Assembly (NCBI GenBank): GCA_944383605.1
Contig: CALWQE010000117.1
Location: 1 to 42,830, forward strand
Reading direction: 5' to 3'
Length of the DNA: 42,830 bases
Origin: an uncultured Lachnospiraceae bacterium
Lineage (GTDB): Bacteria > Bacillota > Clostridia > Lachnospirales > Lachnospiraceae
The position numbers and the translations under genes were made by a program. A model generated the notes under the pieces. That model was given only the letters and a program-made list of their open reading frames with translations. It had not been told where the DNA came from and ran no database searches. Numbering within the stretch: the stretch's first letter is position 1; every line of letters begins with the position of its first letter. This document shows, in pieces, positions 7,807 to 18,751 of this stretch.

Positions 7807-9915
7807 ATGAGTTCACAGGATAATAAGAATAACGGCAATAACAAGCTTCCGAAAAACAGCCAGGGCGTGCTGATTATGGTGATTGCCGCTATTTTAACGC
7901 TGTTCAGCGTGTCGCTGCTCAGCAATATGATGGGAAGCAGCGGAACCGAGATTTCCTATACGGAATTTCTGGAAATGGTAGACGCCGGTGAGGTAAAGTC
8001 TGTCAAAATTGAGGAGACCAACTCCCGTATCGTAATCACGCCCAAAACGGAAGAAGAAATGGAGAACGAGGCGGAAGGAGAAACTGCCGGAAGCCAGGAG
8101 GCGGAAGGCAGGCCTGGGGAAGAAGAGCCGGCGTCTCCCGAGGATGAGATGGAGGATCTCTATGCCTACTATATGGGAGCCGGCGAGCGGCCTACCTATT
8201 ATGTGGTAATGGTAAACGATGACCAGCTGATTCCCCGGCTGGAGGAGGCGGGCGTGGAGATTACCGGCGTTGTGCCGGATTCCAGCTCCGCTATTTTGGA
8301 TTTCCTGCTGGTTTATGTATTTCCCATCCTGCTGGTGTGGGTTCTGCTGATGGTGTTTATGAAGCGGGCCGGCGGAGGCGGAGGCGTCATGGGCGTGGGA
8401 AAATCCAACGCAAAGGTTTATGTCCAGAAGGAAACAGGCGTTACGTTTAAGGACGTGGCAGGACAGGATGAGGCGAAGGAGTCGCTGACGGAAATCGTGG
8501 ATTTTCTGCACAATCCTGCCAGATATGTGGAAATCGGCGCCAAGCTGCCGAAGGGAGCCCTGCTGGTGGGCCCTCCCGGAACCGGCAAAACGCTGCTGGC
8601 AAAGGCGGTGGCAGGTGAGGCCAATGTGCCGTTCTTCTCCCTTTCAGGCTCCGATTTCGTGGAGATGTTTGTGGGCGTCGGCGCTTCCAGAGTGAGGGAT
8701 CTGTTTAAACAGGCCCAGCAGCACGCGCCCTGTATCGTTTTTATTGATGAGATTGACGCCATCGGAAAAAGCCGTGACAGCCGTTACGGCGGCGGAAATG
8801 ACGAGCGGGAGCAGACGCTGAACCAGCTGCTGTCAGAAATGGACGGCTTTGACCCGGCTAAGGGCGTGTTCATCCTGGCGGCTACCAACCGTCCGGAGAT
8901 TCTGGACAAGGCGCTGCTGCGTCCGGGACGGTTTGACCGGCGGATCATCGTAGACCGGCCTGACCTGAAGGGGCGAATCAACACGCTGAAGGTACATTCC
9001 AGAAATGTAGCGATGGACGACACGGTAGATCTGGAGGCGATTGCCCTGGCCACATCGGGAGCGGTGGGCTCAGATCTGGCGAATATGATTAATGAAGCTG
9101 CCATTAACGCGGTGAAGCATGGCCGGAAGGCCATTTCCCAGTCTGACCTGTTCGAGGCTGTGGAGCAGGTGCTGGTGGGCAAGGAAAAGAAGGACAGAGT
9201 GATGAATGCGGAGGAGCGGCGGATCGTATCCTATCATGAGGTGGGACACGCTCTGATCAGCGCCCTCCAGAAGGATTCCGAGCCGGTGCAGAAGATTACC
9301 ATCATTCCCAGAACCATGGGCGCGCTGGGCTATGTGCTGAATGTGCCGGAGGAAGAAAAATATCTGAATACAAAGGCAGAGCTGGAGGCGCTGCTGGTGC
9401 AGTACCTGGGAGGCCGGGCGGCGGAGGAAATTGTCTTCGACACCGTGACCACCGGCGCTTCCAATGATATCGAAAAGGCGACCCGGATCGCCCGGGCGAT
9501 GGTGACGCAGTACGGGATGTCCCAGGAGTTCGGCCTGATGGGGCTGGAGTCTATTGAGAACCGTTATCTGGACGGCCGCCCGGTGCTGAACTGTGCGGAA
9601 GCCACAGCCGCCGGCATCGATGAAGTAGTAAAGAAGATGCTGAAGGACGCTTATGAAGAGGCGAAACGTCTGCTGCTGGCAAACAGAAAGGCGCTGGATC
9701 AGATCGCAGCCTTTCTGATTGAAAAAGAAACCATTACCGGCACAGAATTTATGGATATTTTTCACCGGGTTCAGCAGGGCGAGGATGTGGCTGTCCAGGA
9801 CAGAGAAAAGGAAGAGACGGATGCCGGCATTCAGGCGGATGAACCCGGCCATAGCCCTGTGCAGCTGGAAAAAGAGGAGCCCGGCCATAGTCCGGCGCAT
9901 CCGGATCAAGAGTAA
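7807..9915 (+). CDS. ftsH: ATP-dependent zinc metalloprotease FtsH
   Basis: Two N-terminal TM helices, Walker A GPPGTGKT, Walker [31 protein letters not shown], zinc motif HEVGHA. Confidence 0.95.
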   Translation: MSSQDNKNNGNNKLPKNSQGVLIMVIAAILTLFSVSLLSNMMGSSGTEISYTEFLEMVDAGEVKSVKIEETNSRIVITPKTEEEMENEAEGETAGSQEAEGRPGEEEPASPEDEMEDLYAYYMGAGERPTYYVVMVNDDQLIPRLEEAGVEITGVVPDSSSAILDFLLVYVFPILLVWVLLMVFMKRAGGGGGVMGVGKSNAKVYVQKETGVTFKDVAGQDEAKESLTEIVDFLHNPARYVEIGAKLPKGALLVGPPGTGKTLLAKAVAGEANVPFFSLSGSDFVEMFVGVGASRVRDLFKQAQQHAPCIVFIDEIDAIGKSRDSRYGGGNDEREQTLNQLLSEMDGFDPAKGVFILAATNRPEILDKALLRPGRFDRRIIVDRPDLKGRINTLKVHSRNVAMDDTVDLEAIALATSGAVGSDLANMINEAAINAVKHGRKAISQSDLFEAVEQVLVGKEKKDRVMNAEERRIVSYHEVGHALISALQKDSEPVQKITIIPRTMGALGYVLNVPEEEKYLNTKAELEALLVQYLGGRAAEEIVFDTVTTGASNDIEKATRIARAMVTQYGMSQEFGLMGLESIENRYLDGRPVLNCAEATAAGIDEVVKKMLKDAYEEAKRLLLANRKALDQIAAFLIEKETITGTEFMDIFHRVQQGEDVAVQDREKEETDAGIQADEPGHSPVQLEKEEPGHSPAHPDQE

Positions 9916-9971
9916 AACGGCGCTGCCGCTGATGGAGGCTGCAGCAGTGAGAAAGAACAGGGGCTGATAGG

Positions 9972-11906
9972 ATGGAAAGCCGTCCGGATGGATTTCAAAT
10001 CGAAGAAGAACTGAAAAAGCTGCCGGGAAAGCCGGGCGTTTATCTGATGCATGACGCCAGCGATCAGATTATTTATATCGGGAAGGCAGTCAGCCTGAAA
10101 AATCGGGTGCGGCAATATTTTCAGAGCAGCAGGAATAAATCGCCTAAGATTGTGAAAATGGTTTCCCTGATCAGCTGGTTCGAATATATTATTACTGATT
10201 CCGAGCTGGAGGCGCTGGTGCTGGAAAGCAATCTGATTAAGGAATACCGGCCCAAATATAATACCATGCTGAAGGATGACAAAAATTATCCTTATATCAG
10301 GGTGACGCTGGGAGAAGAGTATCCCCGGGTGCTTTTCGCGCATCGAATGACAAAGGACAAGTCAAAATATTACGGCCCCTACACCAGCTCGGAGGCTGTG
10401 AAGAATACGATCCGCCTGCTCCACAAGCTGTACCGGCTGCGCACCTGCAGCCGGAATCTGCCGAAGGAGCAGGGGGTGGGAAGGCCTTGCCTGAATTATT
10501 ATATGAATCAGTGCCAGGCTCCCTGCCAGGGATATATTTCAAAGGAGAAATATGGAAAATCTGTGGCTCAGGCCATGGATTTTCTTAATGGAAAAAGCTT
10601 TGACCGGATCGCAGGAGAGCTGGAGGAGAAGATGAAAAAGGCTGCGGAAGAGATGGACTTTGAGGCTGCTGCCAGCTTCCGTGATCTTCTTTTTGACGTC
10701 CGGAAAATAGCGGAAAAGCAAAAAGTGACGGACAGCGGACAGGAGGACAGAGATATCATTGCCATGGCGGCGGAAGGGCAGGACGCGGTATGCCAGGTGT
10801 TCTTTGTCCGGGAAGGGCGGCTGATCGGGAGAGACCATTTTCATCTGTCTGTGGCTCAGGGAGATTCCCAGGCTCAGGTGCTGACGGATTTTGTGAAGCA
10901 GTTTTACAGCGGCACGCCCTTTGTGCCGAAGGAGCTGTTCCTGCCCTTCGAGATAGAGGAGCAGGAGCTGATTGAGAGCTGGCTTCAGAACCGCCGGGGA
11001 CAGAAGGTGACGATCCGGATTCCAAAAAAAGGCGAGAAGCATAAACTGGTGGAGCTGGCCCAGAAGAATGCGGAAATGATCCTGGGGCAGAATAAGGAGA
11101 AGATGAAGCGGGAAGCGGCCAGAACCACCGGAGCTGTGAAGGAGATCGAAGAATTGCTGGGGCTGCCCTCTGTCATCCGGATAGAGGCGTATGATATTTC
11201 CAATATCAGCGGTTTCGAATCAGTAGGCTCCATGGTAGTGTTTGAACATGGCCGTCCGAAGCAGAATGACTACCGGAAGTTTCGGATCAAGTGGGTACAG
11301 GGGCCAAATGATTACGCTTCTATGGATGAGGTGCTGACGCGCCGGTTCTCCCATGGCCTGGAGGAACATCAGACCTGGCAGGAAAAGGGGATGGCGGCGG
11401 AGGCTTCCGATTACGGCAGCTTTACCCGGTTCCCTGACCTGATTATGATGGACGGAGGGAAGGGGCAGGTGAATATCGCCCAGGAGGCCCTGTCCAGGCT
11501 GGGACTGTCTATTCCGGTATGCGGCATGGTCAAGGATGACCGGCACAGAACCAGAGGGCTGTATTTTAACGGCGCAGAGGTGCCCATCGATGTCCATTCA
11601 GAGGGCTTCCGGCTGATCACCAGGATTCAGGATGAGGCCCACCGCTTTGCCATTGCATACCACCGCAGCCTGCGGGGCAGGGATCAGGTACATTCCCTTC
11701 TGGATGACATTAAGGGAATCGGCCCGGCCAGGCGGAAAGCGCTGATGCGGGCATACGCTTCCCTGGAGGAGATCAGGAAGGCTTCTCTGGAGGAGCTGGC
11801 AGGGATTCCGGGGATGAACGGGGCGGCGGCCAGAAATGTCTGGGAATTTTTCCACCGGCCGGCTGAGGAGGAAGCAAATCCGGCGGCAGACTTTCAAAGT
11901 AGGTAG
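9972..11906 (+). CDS. uvrC: Excinuclease ABC subunit C
   Basis: GIY-YIG N-terminus ([18 protein letters not shown]...LKNRV), a UVR domain ([15 protein letters not shown]), an endonuclease V-like domain and a C-terminal HhH ([11 protein letters not shown]). Confidence 0.93.
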   Translation: MESRPDGFQIEEELKKLPGKPGVYLMHDASDQIIYIGKAVSLKNRVRQYFQSSRNKSPKIVKMVSLISWFEYIITDSELEALVLESNLIKEYRPKYNTMLKDDKNYPYIRVTLGEEYPRVLFAHRMTKDKSKYYGPYTSSEAVKNTIRLLHKLYRLRTCSRNLPKEQGVGRPCLNYYMNQCQAPCQGYISKEKYGKSVAQAMDFLNGKSFDRIAGELEEKMKKAAEEMDFEAAASFRDLLFDVRKIAEKQKVTDSGQEDRDIIAMAAEGQDAVCQVFFVREGRLIGRDHFHLSVAQGDSQAQVLTDFVKQFYSGTPFVPKELFLPFEIEEQELIESWLQNRRGQKVTIRIPKKGEKHKLVELAQKNAEMILGQNKEKMKREAARTTGAVKEIEELLGLPSVIRIEAYDISNISGFESVGSMVVFEHGRPKQNDYRKFRIKWVQGPNDYASMDEVLTRRFSHGLEEHQTWQEKGMAAEASDYGSFTRFPDLIMMDGGKGQVNIAQEALSRLGLSIPVCGMVKDDRHRTRGLYFNGAEVPIDVHSEGFRLITRIQDEAHRFAIAYHRSLRGRDQVHSLLDDIKGIGPARRKALMRAYASLEEIRKASLEELAGIPGMNGAAARNVWEFFHRPAEEEANPAADFQSR

Positions 11907-12032
11907 CCGGAAAACAGAAAGAACCCCAGGGCCTGGGAAGCCTTCGGAACAGTTGCGGACAGCGGCATTATATGATAAAATCGGATTATCTTGATAATAG
12001 AGCCGGCTCAGGCCGGCGCCAGGGAAGGTTAG

Positions 12033-12980
12033 GTGCCATATATGACAGGTGTACGAGTTTCTACGCTGATCGATAAGATGAAATTAAACAATTTGCTGCC
12101 CACCATTCACACTGATGAAATTATCCTGCGCCATCCGGATATTAACAGGCCGGCGCTGCAGCTGACAGGCTATTATGACCATTTCGATCATGAACGGGTA
12201 CAGCTGATCGGTTATGTGGAGCAGGAATATCTGGGCCAGCTGTCCGAGACCCAGCGGCTGGACTGCTATGATAAGCTGCTGAGCAAAAACATTCCCTGTC
12301 TGATTTTCAGCCGGAGCTACCAGCCGGAGCAGAGCCTGCTGGATATTGCCGACCACTACGGCGTGCCGATCCTGGGCTCGGACAAGACGACCACCAATCT
12401 GATGGCGGAGATTATCCGCTGGCTTCAGGTACAGCTGGCGCCTACCATCAGCATTCACGGCGTTCTGGTGGATGTATACGGCGAGGGCGTCCTGATTACC
12501 GGCGAGAGCGGCATCGGAAAAAGCGAGGCGGCGCTGGAGCTGATTAAGCGGGGGCACCGTCTGGTGAGCGACGATGTGGTAGAGATCCGGAAGGTAAGCG
12601 ATGAAACTCTGGTAGGCAGCGCGCCGGATATTACCAGGCATTTTATTGAGCTGCGGGGCATAGGAATTATTGACGTCAAAGCGCTGTTCGGCGTCGGCAG
12701 CGTGAAGAATACCCAGTCCATCGATATGGTGATCCAGCTGGAGGACTGGAACCGGGAAAAGGAATATGACCGCCTGGGCCTGGAGGACCGGTATACCGAG
12801 TATCTGGGCAACCGGGTCGTATGCCATACTATCCCGATCCGGCCGGGCAGAAACCTGGCGGTGATCGTAGAGTCTGCCGCAATTAACTACCGGCAGAAAA
12901 AGATGGGCTATAACGCGGCCCAGGAGCTGTATAACCGAGTAGAATATAATATGAAAAAAGGCGCGGTGGATATTATTTAA
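12033..12980 (+). CDS. hprK: HPr kinase/phosphorylase
   Basis: P-loop GESGIGKSE and the HprK signature IELRGIGIIDV. The start is ambiguous (GTG 12033 or ATG 12042). Confidence 0.9.
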   Translation: MPYMTGVRVSTLIDKMKLNNLLPTIHTDEIILRHPDINRPALQLTGYYDHFDHERVQLIGYVEQEYLGQLSETQRLDCYDKLLSKNIPCLIFSRSYQPEQSLLDIADHYGVPILGSDKTTTNLMAEIIRWLQVQLAPTISIHGVLVDVYGEGVLITGESGIGKSEAALELIKRGHRLVSDDVVEIRKVSDETLVGSAPDITRHFIELRGIGIIDVKALFGVGSVKNTQSIDMVIQLEDWNREKEYDRLGLEDRYTEYLGNRVVCHTIPIRPGRNLAVIVESAAINYRQKKMGYNAAQELYNRVEYNMKKGAVDII

Positions 12981-13897
12981 TGAATCCCTTTGATGAATTT
13001 GAGCAATGGCTGAAAGAGCATTATCCGGCGGACCGGCTTCGGTTTGGAGAGCCGATGCGCCTGCATACCACGTTCCGGGCAGGAGGGCCTGCCCGGTATA
13101 TGGTGCTGCCCGCCTGTCCGGAGGAGATCGCAGATGTGATCCGCCGCTGCCGGGAAGCGGGTCTGCCCTGGTTTGTGATGGGAAACGGCAGCAATCTGCT
13201 GGTCAGCGACAGCGGCTATGACGGCGTAATCCTGAAGGTGGGACGCCAGTACAGCGAAATTTCCCGGAACGGCTGCCGGATCCGCGCCCAGGCCGGCGCA
13301 ATGCTGACCAGACTGTCCCGGATGGCGGCGGAAAACGGGCTGTCCGGCCTGGCTTTTGCGGCAGGCATTCCCGGCACTCTGGGAGGGGGGCTGATGATGA
13401 ATGCCGGCGCCTATGGAGGCGAGCTGAGCCAGGTGGTCAGACGGGTTCGCGTCCTGGACGAAGAAGGGCAGATCCGGGAACTGTCCGGTGAAGAAATGGC
13501 CTTTGGCTATCGTACCAGCCGGCTGGAGGCGGGCAGGCTGATCGCCCTTGAGGCAGAGCTGGAGCTGGAACCGGGAGAGCGGGAACCGCTTCTGGCGGAA
13601 ATGGAGGAGCTGAACCGGAGACGCCGGGAAAAGCAGCCGCTGGAATATGCCAGCGCCGGCAGCACTTTTAAGAGGCCGGAAGGGTATTTCGCCGGCCGGC
13701 TGATCGAGGAGGCGGGCCTGAAGGGCTTTTCCATCGGCGACGCTCAGGTATCAGAGAAGCACTGCGGCTTCGTGATTAACAGAGGAAATGCCGCCGCCGG
13801 GCAGATACTGGAGCTGTGCCGGACTGTCCAGGAGCGGGTTTATGAGCAGTTTCAGGTAGAGCTTCAGCTGGAAGTGAGATTATTAGGAAAATTTTGA
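12980..13897 (+). CDS. murB: UDP-N-acetylenolpyruvoylglucosamine reductase
   Basis: FAD-binding motifs TFRAGGPA and GNGSNLLV, plus C-terminal SAGSTFKRP...AG. The ATG overlaps the hprK stop (TAATG). Confidence 0.9.
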   Translation: MNPFDEFEQWLKEHYPADRLRFGEPMRLHTTFRAGGPARYMVLPACPEEIADVIRRCREAGLPWFVMGNGSNLLVSDSGYDGVILKVGRQYSEISRNGCRIRAQAGAMLTRLSRMAAENGLSGLAFAAGIPGTLGGGLMMNAGAYGGELSQVVRRVRVLDEEGQIRELSGEEMAFGYRTSRLEAGRLIALEAELELEPGEREPLLAEMEELNRRRREKQPLEYASAGSTFKRPEGYFAGRLIEEAGLKGFSIGDAQVSEKHCGFVINRGNAAAGQILELCRTVQERVYEQFQVELQLEVRLLGKF

Positions 13898-13907
13898 GGT
13901 GATGGAA

Positions 13908-14906
13908 ATGTCCTTTTCCAGCCAGGTGAAGGAAGAGCTGGTCCAGCATATGGGCAGCGCCCGGCACTGCCAGATCGCGGAGATTGCCGCTATTGTCAGC
14001 CTGTGCGGCAGGCTGGTAGAATTTCACGACAGAAAAATATTAGTTGTCCATACAGAAAATTTTTCTGTTGCAAAAAAGTACTTTACATTAATGAAAAAAA
14101 CATTTAGTATAGTATCTGATACAGCTGTCCGCAGAAACGCCTATCTGAAGAAAAGCAGGATATATACCGTGGCGGTGCAGAACCCGGCAGATGTCCTGCG
14201 GGTGACAGAGGCGCTGAAGCTGGACGGTCAGTCCGGAAATCTGAGCGAAAAGGATTTTCTGGTCAGCGGCCTGCTGGTGCAGAGTTCCTGCTGCAAGAGG
14301 GCTTTCATCCGGGGCGCGTTTCTGGCTTCCGGTTCCGTAACCGATCCCAGGAAGTCCTATCATCTGGAGATTGTTTTCACCAGTGAAAAAAAAGCCTGGG
14401 CTCTTCAGGAGATGATTGCGTCTTTTGATATTGAGGCGAAAATTGTGGTGAGAAAGAAATACTTTGTTCTCTATATCAAGGAAGGCCGTCAGATCGTGGA
14501 TATTCTGAATGTCATGGAGGCCCATCTGTCCCTGATGGATCTGGAAAATGTGCGTATCCTGAAGGAGATCAGCGGCGCGGTAAACAGGCAGGTAAACTGT
14601 GAAACTGCCAATATCAATAAAACGGTATCAGCTGCCGTTGGGCAGATCAATGATATAAAACTAATCAGAAACAGAATTGGACTGGAAAAACTGCCGGAGG
14701 AGCTGGAACAGACTGCCCTGGCCCGTCTGGAGTATCCCGATGCCACCTTAAAGGAGCTGGGCAGCGCGCTGAGTCCGCCGGTTGGAAAGTCCGGAGTGAA
14801 CCACAGGCTGAGAAAACTGAAAATGATAGCCGACAGCATTAGAGAAAACGAGGAGGAGCAATATGGTAACAAAGACGATCAAAATTGGCAAGCCGGCAGG
14901 TCTTGA
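13908..14906 (+). CDS. whiA: DNA-binding protein WhiA
   Basis: N-terminus MSFSSQVKEEL, LAGLIDADG-like central domains and a C-terminal HTH (LKELGSAL..PVGKSGVNHRLRKL). The ATG at 13908 follows GAGGTGA. The 3' end overlaps the next gene by 44 nt. Confidence 0.88.
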   Translation: MSFSSQVKEELVQHMGSARHCQIAEIAAIVSLCGRLVEFHDRKILVVHTENFSVAKKYFTLMKKTFSIVSDTAVRRNAYLKKSRIYTVAVQNPADVLRVTEALKLDGQSGNLSEKDFLVSGLLVQSSCCKRAFIRGAFLASGSVTDPRKSYHLEIVFTSEKKAWALQEMIASFDIEAKIVVRKKYFVLYIKEGRQIVDILNVMEAHLSLMDLENVRILKEISGAVNRQVNCETANINKTVSAAVGQINDIKLIRNRIGLEKLPEELEQTALARLEYPDATLKELGSALSPPVGKSGVNHRLRKLKMIADSIRENEEEQYGNKDDQNWQAGRS

Positions 14907-15117
14907 CGCGCGGCCGGTAGCATTGTTTGTACAGATTGCCAGCCAATTTGAGAGCTCGATCTACGTAGGTACTGGCAATAAGAGAGTGAATGCCAAAAGC
15001 ATCATGGGCATGATGACGCTGGATCTGGGGCCGGGAGCGCAGGTTCAGGTATCCGTGGATGGTGAGGACGAGACAGCTGCCATTGAGAAAATCGAAGAGT
15101 ATTTAAGTGCTGATTAA
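14863..15117 (+). CDS. HPr-family protein, Crh-like (Asp at position 15, Ser46 retained)
   Basis: HPr fold motifs GLDARPV (canonical GxHARPA, so His15 is replaced by Asp) and NAKSIMGMM with Ser46. RBS GAGGAGGAG. Sits immediately downstream of whiA, as crh does in Bacillus subtilis. Confidence 0.85.
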   Translation: MVTKTIKIGKPAGLDARPVALFVQIASQFESSIYVGTGNKRVNAKSIMGMMTLDLGPGAQVQVSVDGEDETAAIEKIEEYLSAD

Positions 15118-15134
15118 AAACACAGGGCTCACAG

Positions 15135-15174
15135 GGTATTGTCAAAGGCCAGACCGGAGACAATACCTTTTTTC
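15135..15174 (+). terminator. Intrinsic terminator after the crh-like gene
   Basis: GGTATTGTC-N15-GACAATACC followed by TTTTTT. Confidence 0.8.
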
Positions 15175-15211
15175 ATTTTTTGGAGATTGACGAAAAACAG
15201 GGAGGATTTCC

Positions 15212-18200
15212 ATGGCTTTTACCCATTTACATGTCCATACGGAATACAGCCTTCTGGATGGTTCCAGCAAGATTAGGGAGCTTCCCTTCCAGGCGAAAAA
15301 GCTGGGCATGGACAGCCTGGCTATTACAGATCACGGCGTGATGTACGGCGTGGTTGATTTTTACCGCGCCTGTAAGGAGGCGGGCATCAGGCCGGTGATC
15401 GGCTGTGAGATTTATGTGGCGCCCGGCTCCCGGTTTGACCGGGAGAAAAGTACAGGCGAGGAGCGCTACCATCATATGGTGCTGCTGGCAGAAAATGACA
15501 CCGGCTACCATAACCTGATGAAAATCGTATCCAGAGGGTTTACGGAAGGCTTTTATTATAAACCGCGGGTAGACGATGAGCTGCTGCAGCAATATCATGA
15601 GGGCATTATCGCCCTGAGCGCCTGTCTGGCAGGAGAGATTCCCGGCTTTCTGGCCCGGGGGATGTATGAGGAAGCAAAAAAATCAGCGGAAAAATATGAG
15701 CGGATATTCGGAAAGGGAAACTTTTTCCTGGAGCTTCAGGATCACGGCATCCCTCAGCAAAAGACCGTGAACGCCGGGCTGCTGCGGCTCCACAATGAGC
15801 TGGGCATCGAGCTGGTGGCTACCAACGATATCCATTATACTTATGCAGAGGACGCCTCCGCCCATGATATTCTGCTCTGTATCCAGACCGGGAAGAAGGT
15901 ATCCGATGAAAACCGGCTGCGGTATGAAGGGGGCCAGTATTACTGCAAATCGGAGGAGGAGATGGCCGCCCTGTTTCCCTATGCGCCGGAGGCGCTGGAA
16001 AATACCCATAAAATCGCCATGCGGTGCAATGTGGAAATTGAATTTGGCGTGACCAAGCTGCCGGAATACGATGTGCCCGGCGGCCTGACCGCCTGGGAAT
16101 ATCTGAATCAGCTCTGCTGGGAAGGCTTTCATAAACGTTATCCGGACGATCCGGGAGAGATTGCGGACCGTCTCCGGTATGAGCTGGATGTGATCCGATC
16201 GATGGGATATGTGGATTATTTCCTGATCGTCTGGGACTTTATCCATTATGCCAGATCCCATGGTATTATGGTGGGGCCGGGGCGCGGCTCTGCCGCCGGC
16301 AGCGTGGTGGCCTACTGCCTGGGCATTACCAGTATCGACCCCATCCAGTACCAGCTGCTTTTCGAGCGGTTCCTGAACCCGGAGCGGGTTTCCATGCCGG
16401 ATATTGACGTGGACTTCTGCTTCGAGCGCCGCCAGGAGGTGATCGACTATGTGGTGGAAAAGTATGGGAAGGACCGGGTGGTGCAGATCGTTACCTTCGG
16501 TACCATGGCTGCCAAGGGTGTGGTTCGGGATGTGGGCCGGGTGCTGGATTATCCCTATTCCTTCTGCGATACCATCGCCAAGCTGATTCCCCAGGAGCTG
16601 AATATGACCATCGACCGGGCTCTTCAGATGAACCCGGAGCTGCGGAAAATGTATGAAAATGATGAAAAGGTGCGCTACCTGATCGATATGTCCAAGCGTC
16701 TGGAGGGACTGCCCCGCCATACGTCCATGCACGCCGCCGGCGTGGTCATCAGCAAGGCGCCCATAGAAGAATATGTCCCTTTGTCCAGGGCGGCTGACGG
16801 TTCCATTACCACCCAGTTTACCATGACTACGCTGGAGGAACTGGGGCTGCTGAAAATGGATTTCCTGGGGCTGCGGACTCTGACCGTGATTCAGAACGCG
16901 GAGCGGCTGGTCAACCGGAACGGCCATGTGCTGTCCATCGATGAGATTCCCTATGATGATAAAAATGTGATGGACGCCATCGGCACCGGAAAGACAGAGG
17001 GCGTGTTCCAGCTGGAAAGTACAGGGATGAAAAGCTTTATGAAAGAGCTGAAGCCGCAGACGCTGGAGGACATTATCGCCGGCATCTCCCTGTACCGTCC
17101 CGGCCCCATGGACTTTATTCCCAAATATCTGAAGGGGAAAAATGATCCCTCCAGCATTACCTATGACTGCGAGGCGCTGCGGCCCATTCTGGAGCCTACC
17201 TACGGCTGTATCGTCTATCAGGAGCAGGTGATGCAGATCGTCCGCGACCTGGGCGGCTATTCCCTGGGCAGAAGCGACCTGGTGCGCCGGGCCATGTCCA
17301 AGAAAAAAGCCAGCGTCATGGAGAAAGAGCGGCATAATTTTGTGTACGGGAACCCGGAGGAAGGGGTGGAGGGCTGCATAAACCGGGGGATTCCTGAGAA
17401 AACTGCTAATACGATCTATGAAGAAATGATTGACTTCGCCAAATACGCCTTTAACAAATCCCATGCGGCGGCCTACGCGGTGGTGGCCTACCAGACGGCA
17501 TACCTGAAATACTATTATCCGGTAGAGTTTATGGCGGCGCTGATGACATCGGTCATTGACTTTTCCGCGAAGGTGTCAGAATATATCCTGGCCTGCCGCC
17601 AGATGGGCATCGGCATCCTGCCGCCGGATATCAATGAAGGAGAGTGGGATTTCTCTGTAGCGGAAGGGAAGATCCGCTACGGCCTTTCCGCCATTAAAAG
17701 TGTGGGCCGGGGAGTAGTAGACGGGATCACAGAAGAACGGGCTGCCGGAGGGCCCTTCGTCAGCCTGAAGGATTTTATTTACCGGGTGAATCACAAGGAG
17801 ATGAATAAGCGGATTCTGGAGAACCTGATTAAGGCCGGCGCCCTGGACAGCCTGCCCGGCACCAGGAAGCAGAAGCTGCTGGTGTACGCGGAGCTGCTGG
17901 AGCGGAAAAACCGGGAGCAGAAAACCGGGTTCGCCGGACAGATCAGCCTGTTTGACCTGGTGGCGCCGGAGGAGGCCGAGCAGTATGAGATGCCGATGCC
18001 GGACGTGGGGGAATATGACAAAGACGTGCTCCTGGCCTTTGAGAAGGAGGTGCTGGGCATCTATATCAGCGGCCATCCCATGGAAGCCTGTGAAGGGCTG
18101 TGGCGGAAAAACGTAACGGCGGTGGCCACAGACTTTTATCTGGATGAGGAGACAGGGCAGACAGAGGTCAGAGACGGTACTTACGCAGTGATCGGCGGCA

Positions 18201-18691
18201 TGGTTACTGGCAAAACCGTCAAGGCGACCAAGCATAACCAGATGATGGCCTTTGTTACGATAGAAGATCTGGCCGGCAGCGTGGAGGTTATCGTGTTTCC
18301 GAAGGACTACGAGCAGTACCGCCCGCTGCTGGAAATGGACCGGAAGATCTTCGTCAGAGGAAGGGTATCTGCCGATGGAGAAAACCAGGCGAAGCTGGTC
18401 TGCGGAAAGATCATTCCCTTCGAGGATGTGCCCAGGGAGGTGTGGATTCAGTTCCCGGACAAGGCGGCCTATGACCGGGAGGAGGAAGAACTGTTCCGTT
18501 TCCTTTCCTTTTCTGACGGAAACAGCCCAGTCGTGATTTATCTCTCCCGGGAGAGGGGGATGAAGCGGCTGCCTCCCTCCCGAAATATCCTGCTGGACGA
18601 GGATATTTTGGCACAATTACAAAAAAAGTATGGGCAAAGCAATGTCAAAGTAGTAGAAAAGTCCATTGAAAAGATGTGGAAAATGCATTAG
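15212..18691 (+). CDS. dnaE: DNA polymerase III alpha subunit (DnaE type)
   Basis: PHP domain start FTHLHVHTEYSLLDG, polymerase core (PDIDVDF, FNKSHAAAY) and a C-terminal OB fold. 1159 aa. Confidence 0.95.
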   Translation: MAFTHLHVHTEYSLLDGSSKIRELPFQAKKLGMDSLAITDHGVMYGVVDFYRACKEAGIRPVIGCEIYVAPGSRFDREKSTGEERYHHMVLLAENDTGYHNLMKIVSRGFTEGFYYKPRVDDELLQQYHEGIIALSACLAGEIPGFLARGMYEEAKKSAEKYERIFGKGNFFLELQDHGIPQQKTVNAGLLRLHNELGIELVATNDIHYTYAEDASAHDILLCIQTGKKVSDENRLRYEGGQYYCKSEEEMAALFPYAPEALENTHKIAMRCNVEIEFGVTKLPEYDVPGGLTAWEYLNQLCWEGFHKRYPDDPGEIADRLRYELDVIRSMGYVDYFLIVWDFIHYARSHGIMVGPGRGSAAGSVVAYCLGITSIDPIQYQLLFERFLNPERVSMPDIDVDFCFERRQEVIDYVVEKYGKDRVVQIVTFGTMAAKGVVRDVGRVLDYPYSFCDTIAKLIPQELNMTIDRALQMNPELRKMYENDEKVRYLIDMSKRLEGLPRHTSMHAAGVVISKAPIEEYVPLSRAADGSITTQFTMTTLEELGLLKMDFLGLRTLTVIQNAERLVNRNGHVLSIDEIPYDDKNVMDAIGTGKTEGVFQLESTGMKSFMKELKPQTLEDIIAGISLYRPGPMDFIPKYLKGKNDPSSITYDCEALRPILEPTYGCIVYQEQVMQIVRDLGGYSLGRSDLVRRAMSKKKASVMEKERHNFVYGNPEEGVEGCINRGIPEKTANTIYEEMIDFAKYAFNKSHAAAYAVVAYQTAYLKYYYPVEFMAALMTSVIDFSAKVSEYILACRQMGIGILPPDINEGEWDFSVAEGKIRYGLSAIKSVGRGVVDGITEERAAGGPFVSLKDFIYRVNHKEMNKRILENLIKAGALDSLPGTRKQKLLVYAELLERKNREQKTGFAGQISLFDLVAPEEAEQYEMPMPDVGEYDKDVLLAFEKEVLGIYISGHPMEACEGLWRKNVTAVATDFYLDEETGQTEVRDGTYAVIGGMVTGKTVKATKHNQMMAFVTIEDLAGSVEVIVFPKDYEQYRPLLEMDRKIFVRGRVSADGENQAKLVCGKIIPFEDVPREVWIQFPDKAAYDREEEELFRFLSFSDGNSPVVIYLSRERGMKRLPPSRNILLDEDILAQLQKKYGQSNVKVVEKSIEKMWKMH

Positions 18692-18751
18692 AATAGGGAT
18701 TGATATTATAACATGCTTTGAATAAAACTGGCGTTTGCCGGAGGTCAGAAT

